A DNA stretch of 62,877 bases, counting the filler. It is 8 parts of 8 records of this genome, joined end to end, with 100 filler letters (N's around TTAATTAATTAA, not from the genome) between each part and the next. Parts side by side here need not be neighbours in the genome. Positions count along the whole stretch, not along the records: positions 43,702 to 51,780 come from SRR7504441_651; positions 51,881 to 59,079 come from SRR7504441_659; 6 more parts are not named here. The stretch is one strand, 5' to 3'. Numbering within the stretch: position 1 is the first letter of the stretch; each line of letters begins with the position of its first letter. Under the pieces are notes generated by a model, which was not told the origin of the DNA, did no database searches, and saw only the letters and a program-made list of their open reading frames with translations. Of this stretch, positions 46,701-56,886 are shown in pieces. Made by a program: the position numbers and the translations under genes.

Positions 46701-49700
46701 GAAGCTGCAGTTTCTCAAAAAAGATATTATGGTCCCACACCGGGCCGTTGCCCTTTTTGTTGTGGCTTCTCTTGTACTGCTTGGGTCCGGTCCAGCCGTT
46801 CTCGGGGATATTAGGGCTGAAACATCCAGGGAAACCATCCCAGCAGATCTCGTACAACTCGTCCTGGGTGAGCCGCCTCTGCTCGTGATTGAGCATCTGA
46901 TCGTCAGGCTCCTCCTGCTCCAGCTCGGCTGCCCCACGCGCCCAGTCTGCAGTGCCGCGCTCTTTAATTTTAGTGAGCAGCACCCGCTCGACTACCGCAA
47001 TTGGTGACATGCACACCGGCTTTTCGCAGACGTATCGGCAGTTATTGGAGAGCGTGTACTGGAGCCACAGCTTGAGCTGGAGTGGGACCGCCGCCACAAA
47101 CACGAAGAGCACCGTAGCGCAGGTGATCACACCAGTACACATCTGGGCGGACCCAAACAAGAAGTCGTTGTCGGGCAGAATGGTGGCCGCAACTCCCCAG
47201 ATCAGGAGCACGAACGCTGCGAGCAAGACGCAGCCACCTGCCGAATTGGACGAGACGATACCTTTATGGAAGTCGAAGGCGCCCGAGTCGTTGTGATGAA
47301 AGACAAACACTGGCAGCAGGAAGACGCTGGTATAAGACCAGCCGGAGAAGTTGCGCGACATCGTGAGAGCAAGGCAGAGCAAGATCACTGTAAAACTCCA
47401 GCAGACGGCGGTGAGGTAAAACATGACGCGATGCGCACGGCTGTGATTGCCCTTAGACTCGGCCCAAAAATGCATTGAAAGCACCGCGCCACCGATTAGA
47501 GCTACCACCAAGAGGATTCCCACTATCAACCCCCAGTTGTGATCCCAGAACTCGCCAAGCCAGCTGGAGCACCCGTTCTCCTGCTCCTCTTCCTCCTGCG
47601 TAATCAGACTGTCCACCTCGATCTCTTCATCCTCTGGCTGCGGATCGCTTTTGGGCGCTGCCAGTGTAAGCTGTCTCTTGAGCTGCTTAGCCGGCTGTGG
47701 CTGGGCCGCCAGATCGACCTCCGACCCCGGCGTGTCAAGCAGCTCGCCAAGTTGCAAGTAAGCCATCCGCTTGCGCCGCCGTTCGCTGTTCTGATGGCGC
47801 TTGTGCAGCCGAGTCAGTTGTTCAGTCGAGCGAGACACCACTAGCAGCAGCAGCCCGAGCACAGCAAGCCAGCCAGTCGCTCCGGACATGATAATCACGG
47901 TGGTCGTCCTCACCGTGTCGCCGTTACCATACACTTGCTTGCTCCACATGTAAACTCCCACGAGCATGCCCACAAACGGGATCAGCCAGACCTTGCTCGC
48001 GTTGGCCAAGACAGTGTTGTCCTTCCAGCCTGGCATGCGCGGCCGGAGTAGCATCAGCACGACGCACAGAACCAGGTACCAGAGCGACGTGATCGTAGGC
48101 ATCCCCCACAAGCCTTCATCTATCCAAAGCGCGAGGTTGAGGATGATTGCCAGCACAAGCCCTTGCACCAAAAGGTCGTCCAGGAAGGAGTTGGCTTGCT
48201 TGTGGGCCAGCGCCCGCACAATTGGCAGCACCGAGCTCAGCACTACAATCATCGTGGTGCCTGTCCACATAGCCTCGGCCGCGTCCATGAACACAAATGT
48301 AGCTGCAACCCAGGCCACAAACGCGCCCGCCCCTACCAGCGTGAGCACCATATTCTGCTTGTCTCGTGTGCGCATGCTTCCGCTCCGATAGGCGACAAAT
48401 CTGGCGTTGTAGCTGGCGTCGGCCAATCCGGGCGTGTTCCAGAAGTAGTACTTGTTCCTGGCCCACGAACCAAGCACCGCCAGCAGGCAGAGCAGCACCA
48501 CTGGCACGAAGGTGGCCAGCAGCAGGTGCCGCTTGTTGCCCTGGAAGCTGCGACCAAACAATGCGTTGTTGTAGTGTTTATCGTGCCAAACAATATACCC
48601 AAACAGCCCGTCCACCAGCAGCCCGCCCAGCGACCCAATCAACACCCCAAACTTGCTCCGCCTAATAGCTTCTCTGTACCCCGCTACCGCCTTGAGCTTC
48701 TTGTCGCCCTCGGCCAGCCTAGGCCAGCGCCGCTCGGCCTGCGTAATTTTCGCGATCTCGCGGACCCTCTCCGGCCCGAGCAGCTGGTGCTCGGTCAGCG
48801 TGCCCTGCAGCGGGCCCAACTTGACCTTGCCCTGCTGGCCGCACCGCCTGCCGGCGGCCCTGGCCAGCTTATGGCTAGTCAGCTTGGCCGACTTGAGATT
48901 CCGGCCCACACCGGACTGCGAGAAGAAGCTGTGCGCCATCGAGCCAGCCAGCAGTGCCGCGGCCACCTGCTGCCGGGGGCTGCCTCCGTACTGGCTGGCC
49001 GCGTGCTGCGCTCGGAGCGCGATGTAGTCGACGGCCCAGTAGGCCATCAGGTAGAGAGTCGACTTGACTGCCTTGTCAATCATCTTAGGCATGTCGGCAT
49101 CCTCGGGCTCGGCCTCCGCTCTGGCCATCTTGCGCGAGTAGTGCGCTTCTATCCGGTCGCGCACGTTGTACTTGGTCACGTACTCCTGGTCAAACCCCTC
49201 AAAGGCAAACGTGACCAGCTCCTCCAGCCCGGCCTCCTGGCCCTTGACCCTCTTGAGCACCCGCCGCACAAACTCGGCCCAGAGCCGCACAATCGTGAGC
49301 CCCATCAGCTCGGCTGCCACTCGCGGCCGCTCGGACCGCAGCATGTGCCTGCTGTGCTCGAGTGGCATCGCCTGCTCCACCAGCTGGTCCGGCGAGGAGT
49401 CCGGCTGGTCGCGGGCCAGCTCCCTGAGCTTAAGCCGGGCGACGTACTGCTGGTAGGAGAGCGCGTACCTGGGCTGCTTGAGCTCGCCGCGGCTGTTGAG
49501 CTCAGGAGGCCTCTCGCTCCGCCGGGTGAGGTCCTCGCGGATGGCTTGCTCGGCTTGATCGAGCTGCTCGGTTTTGACTGTCCAGCCAATCAGCCCTCCA
49601 TACGACATGGCCTATTACTATTACTGTACTATTGCTGTACTATTCATATTACCTGTCCAGCCAATCAGCCCTCCATACGCCATCGCCCACGAGAACAGCC

Positions 49701-51605
49701 CGAACGCGTACACTAGCACCAGCCAGCCGAGCTGCTCGCGACTAAAGGTCTCGGGCACCGGCCACACCTGGCGCTGGACCTTGGACGGCTCGTATTGATC
49801 CATTAGCGCCGAGTAGAGCACGTGCACCATTGTGGCCATCAGCAGCTGGCGGGCATTGATCAGCAGCTTCCAGTAGAGCAACATTCTGGTCTTCTGCTGC
49901 AGCTCCAGCCGCTGACTGCAGTGCAGCTCGCGCTGCTCAATCGCCTGCTCCAGCTGAGTTGGGTTTAGCCTTTCGTCCATTCGGATCCCTTTGCTCACCA
50001 CCCGCAGTCCGCTCTCGATCTCCTGCGCGTACCCTGCCATCAAGACCATGTGCTCGCGGCACTGAAGCTCTAGAGAGTAGATCCGCGCCTGGAGCAGCTC
50101 CGTGAGCACCATACTGTTACAGTTACTGTTACTATTACATAGTACTATACCTGGAGCAGCTCGGTGGACGTCTGGCTCAGCAGTGATTTGCCCCCGTAGC
50201 AGCACTCCCCCAGGCAGCGCCATAGCCCGAACAGAGCCTCCTGGCACATCCGGCAGCACCAGGCGCCCCCGGCCCCGCGCCTGGCTCGCAGCTCAGCCAC
50301 TATACTATTACTATGACTATGACTATGACTATGACTAATACTATACCTGGCTCGGATCAGCTCACGCTCGCAGCTCAGCCACTCCAAATACCGCTCGTCG
50401 GCCACCAGCTCGGCGATGCTCTGCTCCTTCTGGTAACCGGACCAGAACCCGGCAGACAGCTGGAACGAGAGCCCCCCTGCGAGTAGCAAGTACCAAACCG
50501 GCTCCACCAACTGCCAGCCGCCAATTTCATCGCCACGTGCGTTGAGCCCCAGGTAGATAACAATCATACGGAAGCCTATGACGGTCCAGAACGAGTGGAT
50601 CACCTCGGCGAAGCTGCGGCCGGTGTGGCTCGAAAGGTTGAGTAGCACAAGCAGGTCTGTGACCTGCAGCCACGGATAGACATACATCGCGGACTGCTGA
50701 TGCGAGCTGAGCCACTGGCCGCTTAGCCCGTAGATCAGCAGCGATAGCCCACTCAGGCACCAGGTGGCAAGATAGGCAGAGAATCCCCAACGGCGCTCAC
50801 CGCGCGAGTTGAACGAGCCCCGGCAGTGCAGGCTGTGCGTGTGGTGGTACAGGTAGTCGTTCAGGTCTATTCCGAGGTCGTGGTGGTACTGGAACAAGAT
50901 GACCAGCATCAGCAGCCCCGAGACCAAGAAGAAGAAGATGGCCGTGATGATATCGTCGTACTCATCCACTACCAACGACAGCATCAAGATATAAAGGCAA
51001 AACACCAGCGCTGCGCTCCCCACCCACGCAGCTGTAGTGCTATACACTATCCACTCCCGGAAGTACCACATGAACAGCCCCAGCTTGAACAGCTCGAACG
51101 AGCACAAAAGCGAGAACGAGGCCATCGCCAGCACGTAGCAATGGTCGTACTGCCCGTAATACTCTGACGTCCCATTCCAGCTGAACTCCTGCGGCCCCGC
51201 TTAACACTGACGTTCCGGGGGGCACCCAGTAGTAGGTGTACACCGAGAGCATCATCAGCGCAGCGAACGGGCAGACGGCCATGCTGAACAGGAGCCAGGC
51301 GGACAGCTCCATCCTGCGGCCCAACACTCAGCCAGGCCCAGCCCGGCGATGGCACAGGCAGGTCTCGAACATGCGGCCAAACCAGTCCCAGGTGGCCAGC
51401 CAGGTATACATCCGCCACGGCCTCAGCGAGCCCGAGTAGTAGAGAATCACGGTGGACAGGCAGGACAACCCGACGAAGCATCCGATGTAGGGCGCCGCGA
51501 ACTGGGCCACCGCCTGAGCCACGCGCCAGGGGGGGGGCGGCCCACCTCCCAGTACTCCTGGTACACCAGGTTGCGCGCCGTGTAGAAGCATTGGCTGAGC
51601 GGCAT
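43717..51605 (-). CDS. Very large multi-pass membrane protein of unknown function (multi-exon, >2000 aa)
   Basis: It starts at ATG 51605 (MPLSQCF). ORF fragments join in frame across introns including 51502-51545, 50281-50346, 50089-50150, 49578-49652, 45559-45594 and 45414-45478. There are many hydrophobic helices. Confidence 0.75.
49578..49652 (-). other. 75-nt intron = 40-nt AT-rich filler + 35-nt duplicate of the upstream exon end
   Basis: 49578-49604 is identical to 49653-49679 (27 nt; 33/35 when extended). It has GT..AG ends and an in-frame stop, and splicing gives WT|VKTEQ. Confidence 0.85.
50089..50150 (-). other. 62-nt intron = 46-nt AT-rich filler + 16-nt exon duplicate
   Basis: 50089-50104 matches 50151-50166 at 15/16. 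Splicing gives ELLQ|ARIY and repairs the frame. Confidence 0.85.
50281..50346 (-). other. 66-nt intron = 45-nt AT-rich filler + 21-nt exon duplicate with an internal deletion
   Basis: 50281-50301 equals 50347-50354 + 50371-50383. It has GT..AG ends and is in frame with no stop. Confidence 0.75.
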
Positions 51606-51780
51606 GTTGGGCCGGCCGACGGGTTAGCCTTGGCCTGTGTTACCCCACAGCACCAGTTGCATCTGCTGCGGCAACGGATGCCGCTCAGAAAAAAAGTCAG
51701 TTGCAGCTGACATGTACAGTGTATTCCTGGCTCAGAGATAGACCAGTCATACGTTTTGACTCGGCAAATGTTGAAGAAAT

Positions 51781-51880
51781 NNNNNNNNNNNNNNNNNNNN
51801 NNNNNNNNNNNNNNNNNNNNNNNNTTAATTAATTAANNNNNNNNNNNNNNNNNNNNNNNNNNNNNNNNNNNNNNNNNNNN
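51781..51880. other. Artificial contig spacer
   Basis: N44-TTAATTAATTAA-N44. Confidence 0.97.
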
Positions 51881-52059
51881 TGCGAATGTTACGATGATCA
51901 AGCCCAGCTGCCAGTCGATAGAGGGTCCAGATGGGCCGAGCGTTCACGGCACGGCACGCTTAACGCGTACGAATGATTACAGCACTGCACAATAGGGGCT
52001 AGTAAATCTATTAATTCGCGCACGTGCGGCCCGTAGCCGCTACCAGCTCCCCCTGCCGG

Positions 52060-52731
52060 TCAGCTCGCATCGGCTGGGCCAGCGAGCTCGCTTGACTGCA
52101 GCTCGACTGCGCGGGCCACCTGCGTGTGCCACACGGGGTTGCCAGGCCCGGCCGGGCAGAGCAGCCGGCGCTTGGGCACCACCCCGGAGCTCGAGACGCA
52201 ATCGTCAGCCCGGACGGTGGTGCCGAGCCGGGTGTAGAATTTGAGCAGCAACGGGTCGGTGACGTCCACAGTCCCGCAAAGGGACGTCAGCCCGGCCGCG
52301 TGCGCGTGGTCCGACAGGAAGCGCATCATGCTCGAGCCCAGCCCGCGCCCCTGCAGCCCGGGGCTAACGCAGAGCGAGTTCACATAGAGCGATGCCCCGA
52401 GCTCCACTGTCATTCCCATACCGACCAGCTGGCCCTCCTCGGTGGCGCACAGCAGCCAGCGGCAGTCCTGCCGGTGGATTAGTCGGCCCGGGGGTGCGGG
52501 CGGCGCCTCCAGCTCGTGGAATCCGCAGATCTCTCCCAGCACGCCCTCCGGGGCCTCGGCCTCCGGCTCCACCCCAAAGCAAGCCCCGACCAGCCGACGG
52601 ATCTGAGCGTCCCACCGGCCGGCCGCCGAGCTGCCCAGCAGCGCCGCCCGCAGCCGCAGCCGCCGGCCCAACCGGAAGCGCCAGCCCAGCACGGCCACGG
52701 CCCACGAAGCTGTCAGCCACCCGCTCAGCAT
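52060..52731 (-). CDS. GNAT-family N-acetyltransferase
   Basis: LYVNSLCVSPGLQGRGLGSSMM (motif A) and LLKFYTRLG. The likely start is ATG 52731, because the longer ORF overlaps SCAPER. Confidence 0.8.
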   Translation of the reverse strand: MLSGWLTASWAVAVLGWRFRLGRRLRLRAALLGSSAAGRWDAQIRRLVGACFGVEPEAEAPEGVLGEICGFHELEAPPAPPGRLIHRQDCRWLLCATEEGQLVGMGMTVELGASLYVNSLCVSPGLQGRGLGSSMMRFLSDHAHAAGLTSLCGTVDVTDPLLLKFYTRLGTTVRADDCVSSSGVVPKRRLLCPAGPGNPVWHTQVARAVELQSSELAGPADAS

Positions 52732-52819
52732 GCCGTGATTGGAATCAAGTTTGAGTGGCACTGCAGCGCGCAGTGGTGGGCGCGGCGCTACTAGTGCGGT
52801 CCTGCGCGCAGCGGGGAGG

Positions 52820-55800
52820 ATGGCGAAGAAGCCACGCGGGGACACGGCGAAGAAGCCGCGCGGGCACAAAAAGCCCAACAACCATAGCAACAACAACCCC
52901 AAGCCAGCCGAGCCGCAGCAGGCGCCTGCAGCGCAGCGGTGCGAGCCCGAGGAGGCGGCCAAGCCAGCGTTGGTGGTGGACAACGGGCGTGGTATGGTCA
53001 AGGCAGGGCAGCAGGTGGCCGACAGCACCAGCCCGGGCGGGCTCGCCAACCCGGCGGCCGATCAATTCTACAGCTGCCCTGCCCCGGGCGAGCACAAGGA
53101 GCCCGGGGTGGAGATCAGCCCGGAGGAGAGGGACCGGATCCGCGAGATGCTCGAGTCGCAGGTGCGACTGGACGGGCGCGACGCCAAGATCCTGCTCCGC
53201 TGGGTGATCCCCAACACTCAGTTCTCAGTGTCGCCGCTCCCGTCACCCACCTTTCCAGTCAAACCGGCCCGCGGGAGCGCCGAGGATCCCGCCGCGCCGC
53301 AGACGCCGCCGTCGCCCTCTGGCAAGGCCCGCGTGTCGCGCAAGGTGCCGGACGACGCCCACTCGGAAGTCAAGCACACGCTTTGGAACTGCCTGTTCCA
53401 CGCAGTCCACCGGGCTGTCGACGAGCTGTACTGCATGTGTGAGGCCGAGGAAAACATTGCCGAGAGCGCCGAGGCGATCCGGCTGCTGGACCGGTGCTCC
53501 GACGACTTCCAGGCGCTGATCCGCCGGTTCCACGTGGAGCGGCGGCACTCGACTCCTGCAGGCACCCAGCTGGCAGGCGTCGCGTGGGAAGTGCGCAAGA
53601 CCTCTCCAGCAACTAGCACCGACCCTCGGAAGCGCGGGATACCCATCAGTCCGAGCAAGTCGCGCGACGCCGTGGACGAGGCGGCGGCCAGCTCAGGCTC
53701 GGATGAGGGCTGGGTGCTGGCTACTGGCCGGAATCGCCGCAGAGCGACCGCCCATCGGCCACCCTCCCCCCATCCTAGCCTGAGTCCGCCGGCCTGCCCG
53801 CCCGCGGCCGACCGATCGGCCCGTGAGCCGCCTAGAATCGATACGACCCGCAAGCCGGAGCCAGTCACGGCTCTGGATCTGTCTGACGAGTCTCAACCGA
53901 GGAGGCACTCTGGCTCGTCGGACTCGATCGAGCCGGCGGACCGGTCCACATCACCCGAGCCGCGGACCTGGGCGGAGGTATGCAACCTGCGGCAATCGGG
54001 GGCGCTCCGCAGCCGGCAGATCCACCAGCGGCTGAGCTCGAATGAGCGGCGGACCCCAACCAAGCGGAGCACTCTCGAAGAGAGGCATGCCAAGGTGCGC
54101 AGCCGGGGCGACAGTTGTGAGCGGCCGGGCAGGCTGAGGAGCGGCGGCAGCAGCAACAGAGCGAACGGGAGCTCAAGCTGCGCCAGCAGAATCTGCATGC
54201 GATGCAGGTGTGGCGCAAGCTAGTCGATGAGCTGACCACACGACAGGTTGCGGAGGCGAACAAACAGCGGAGGAAGATCCAAAAAGCTGAGAGGGATCGG
54301 CGGCATGCGGACGCGGCAGCCCGGCACGAGGCGCACGTGCAGGATCGGGTGCACAAGGCGGTGAGTGAGAATAAGAAAGTGGACCAAGTGATGGAGGAGA
54401 TAGCTGCGTCGCAGAAGGAGCGACGAGAGCACTTGAAGATGCGGCACGCGTCGGCTGCCGCCCAGCGGGCCGCTCACCTACAGGACCGGGTGCACAAGGC
54501 GGTGAACGAGAACAAGAAAGTGGACGAGATTCAGTTTATTGAAACGCTCAATCAGAAGAACGACGAGATCGAGCGCGAGCAAGCGCTTCAGAGGCGGATC
54601 AAGGAGTCCGAGGCTCGCAGGGCCGAGTACCTCAAGTCGATACGGAAGAAGGCGAGTCGGTCGATGACCAACGAGGAGAAGGTGGCCGAGAGGAAGCGGA
54701 TGCTTGAGTTGGAACGAACAAGGAAGATCGAGCAGGCTGAGCAGCGCAGGCTAGCGGCCCGCGAGCGTAAGGCGAGCATGACTCCGCCTGTGACTGTCCC
54801 GTCGGCCCGGTCTAGCCCGCGGGAAGTGCTCGAGCGCCGGCGGGCGATAGAGGGGATGCACGAGGAGAAGCTGATGGAGAAGAGCAAGCGGCGGGAGCAG
54901 GCTGAGGAGCGACGCAACATCCGTCTGGCCGAGGTGGAGGAGAAGGCAGCGCGGGTCGGGGCAAAGGTCGAGGCTGTGCGGGTGAGGCAGCACCGGCGGG
55001 CGGCCTCGTTGGACAGCACCGCCGGGGAAGCGACCCCGGCTGCCAGTCCCACGAAGGAGCAAACCAGCCCGGATGGAGGAGCAAAGCGGCTCAGCCGGCC
55101 CATCCCGCAGCTCAACCTGGTGGAGACTAGTCCTGAGATGAACAAGGCCAAGGCCAAGAAAACCAAGCGGTCGAGGGCCGCGTTGATGTCGGCTTTGAAG
55201 AATGCAGGGGCGCTGCCAGAGGCTGAGCGGTCCAGGAGCTGTCCCAGACTGGACTTGTGCCTGAAGGAGCTTGACCAGATGCTGGCCAAGCTGTCGATCG
55301 ATGGACTCGAGCACTGCCTGGTGCGCATCCAGGAGCTCGAGGGCGAGGAGAACAGCAGCGGGGAGGCCGACTCGGTCTTCTCGTCTGCTGAGTTCAGATC
55401 GCCTGCAGGGTTTGCCAAGGTGCTCTCACTGTGCAGCAGGGAGGTGGTTAAGTTCCCGACTCAAGTGCTGGTCCACCGGTCGGTCGACATTCTAAATCTT
55501 GCCGTTGAGCGCTGTCCGGTCAACGCCTACTGCCTGCTGCGCAGCATGAACGCGGACGTGCTGGTGCTCTTCCAGCTGCTTGCTCACCACAAGGCAACCG
55601 ATGCAGATTCTCAGATCTTCAGGGGCAAGCTGTGCAGTATCCTATCGAGTGCGCTGCTCAGTTCGGAAGACTCTGGCAGCACAGTGCAGATTAAAGACTG
55701 CATCGCTAACTGGACTGTGCATAGCGGGGCGCTTGCTGCGGTGGTGAACATTATGATCAATGTGTCCATAGAATACTCACAAGAGGGCATTGTCGAGAAG

Positions 55801-56689
55801 CCCAGTGCGGCGGCCACCTGTCTGCTTCAGGCACTATGCCTCCTGGAGGCAATCACCTCATACAATGGCCATCCTCCCAACCCAGTATGGAAGCCTTGCA
55901 CATGGGGCAATGCCGTCGCGGAGTGGTTTGAGGCGCAGGGCTACATGGCCATACTTCGGGTGCTCGGTGTGCTGATCCTGGAGCGCAAGCCCCCTTCCAA
56001 CAGCACAGCAGAAGCTAGCGCTGCGAGCAAGCCTCAGAGGCCGGCGGGTGGCGCTCCCGAGGGCCTGCTGGAGATGCTGGCGCTGCTGATTCGCTCGCTC
56101 AACAACTTGGCCTCGTTGGACCTGAAGGGGCTCCAGAGCTCACTCGGCTCAGAGGGGTCCAAGGGCGAGTTGCTGCACTTGCTCTCAGCACTGCTGGATT
56201 TGACTTTGGGCAGCATGCCGGCCCCAGTGGCCACTGTGCTGCTCAACGAGCTGCTGCTGTTCATCGGCCACTACGTGCTCGAGTGCACGCCCACGCAGGA
56301 GACACTGCACTACGGGCACAGGCCGGTTTCACTGATCCTCACTAAGGAGCTGCCGTCTGAGTACTTGTTTGAGCCACGGTTGCAGCAGTTCCTGTTCCCA
56401 ACGCTGATTGCGGTGACAGCTGCTTGAGGGCTGTATCTGACGGGCGGGCCTCTCGGCAGGTGACCTACAACTCGTTGCGGAACAAGCAGATAATAGGGGA
56501 CCACCTGTCGCTTTCAAGTATAACGAGCTATGTCTGCAGTGACGCCACCGGTGAGCTTTGCACTGTGCTTGTGCGATTGACAGTGCGGTGGTCTCAGAGC
56601 AAGAAGATACCACTAGAGAGTCGCTCTACCTGCGCTTCCCGCCCAACCGTGTACAGCAAGCGATCGACTTTCTACAATGTGAAGACTAA
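52820..56689 (+). CDS. SCAPER: SCAPER (S-phase cyclin A-associated ER protein) homologue, multi-exon
   Basis: It has LF.AVHRAVDELYCMCE...DFQALI...AWEVRKTSP, a coiled-coil middle, and a C-terminal LLNELLLFIGHY...LPSEYLFEPRLQQFLFPTLIA|VTYN...LRFP. The stop TAA is at 56687-56689. Confidence 0.88.
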
Positions 56690-56886
56690 TGGAGCTCGTT
56701 GCTTTCCGTACGCTTTCAATGTTCAACGTTATTCAAACGTGCACCGTCTCTTGATTGTGTAATAATGCAGCAATGCTGCGTCGTGTAATATTAAGTGAAT
56801 TCAATCACACCATTTAAAGTCTTAAAACGCACAAGTACATGTAAGATTTCGAAGTCATGTTCATTTACAAGTATATATTTAATTCT

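Noticed and set aside
49578-49679. 27-bp direct repeat with a 48-bp spacer resembling a minimal CRISPR array
   Set aside because: There are only two copies, the repeat is coding sequence, no cas genes are present and the context is eukaryotic. It is explained as an exon duplication within an intron.
48163-49716. Long + strand ORF of 517 aa, and similar ORFs such as 17141-18427 and 25090-25950
   Set aside because: These are antisense or alternative-frame shadows of GC-rich real genes, with no recognisable motifs.
54330-54530. Duplicated QDRVHKAVxENKKVD segment in SCAPER
   Set aside because: This is an ordinary in-frame internal coiled-coil repeat, with no filler or splice signals.
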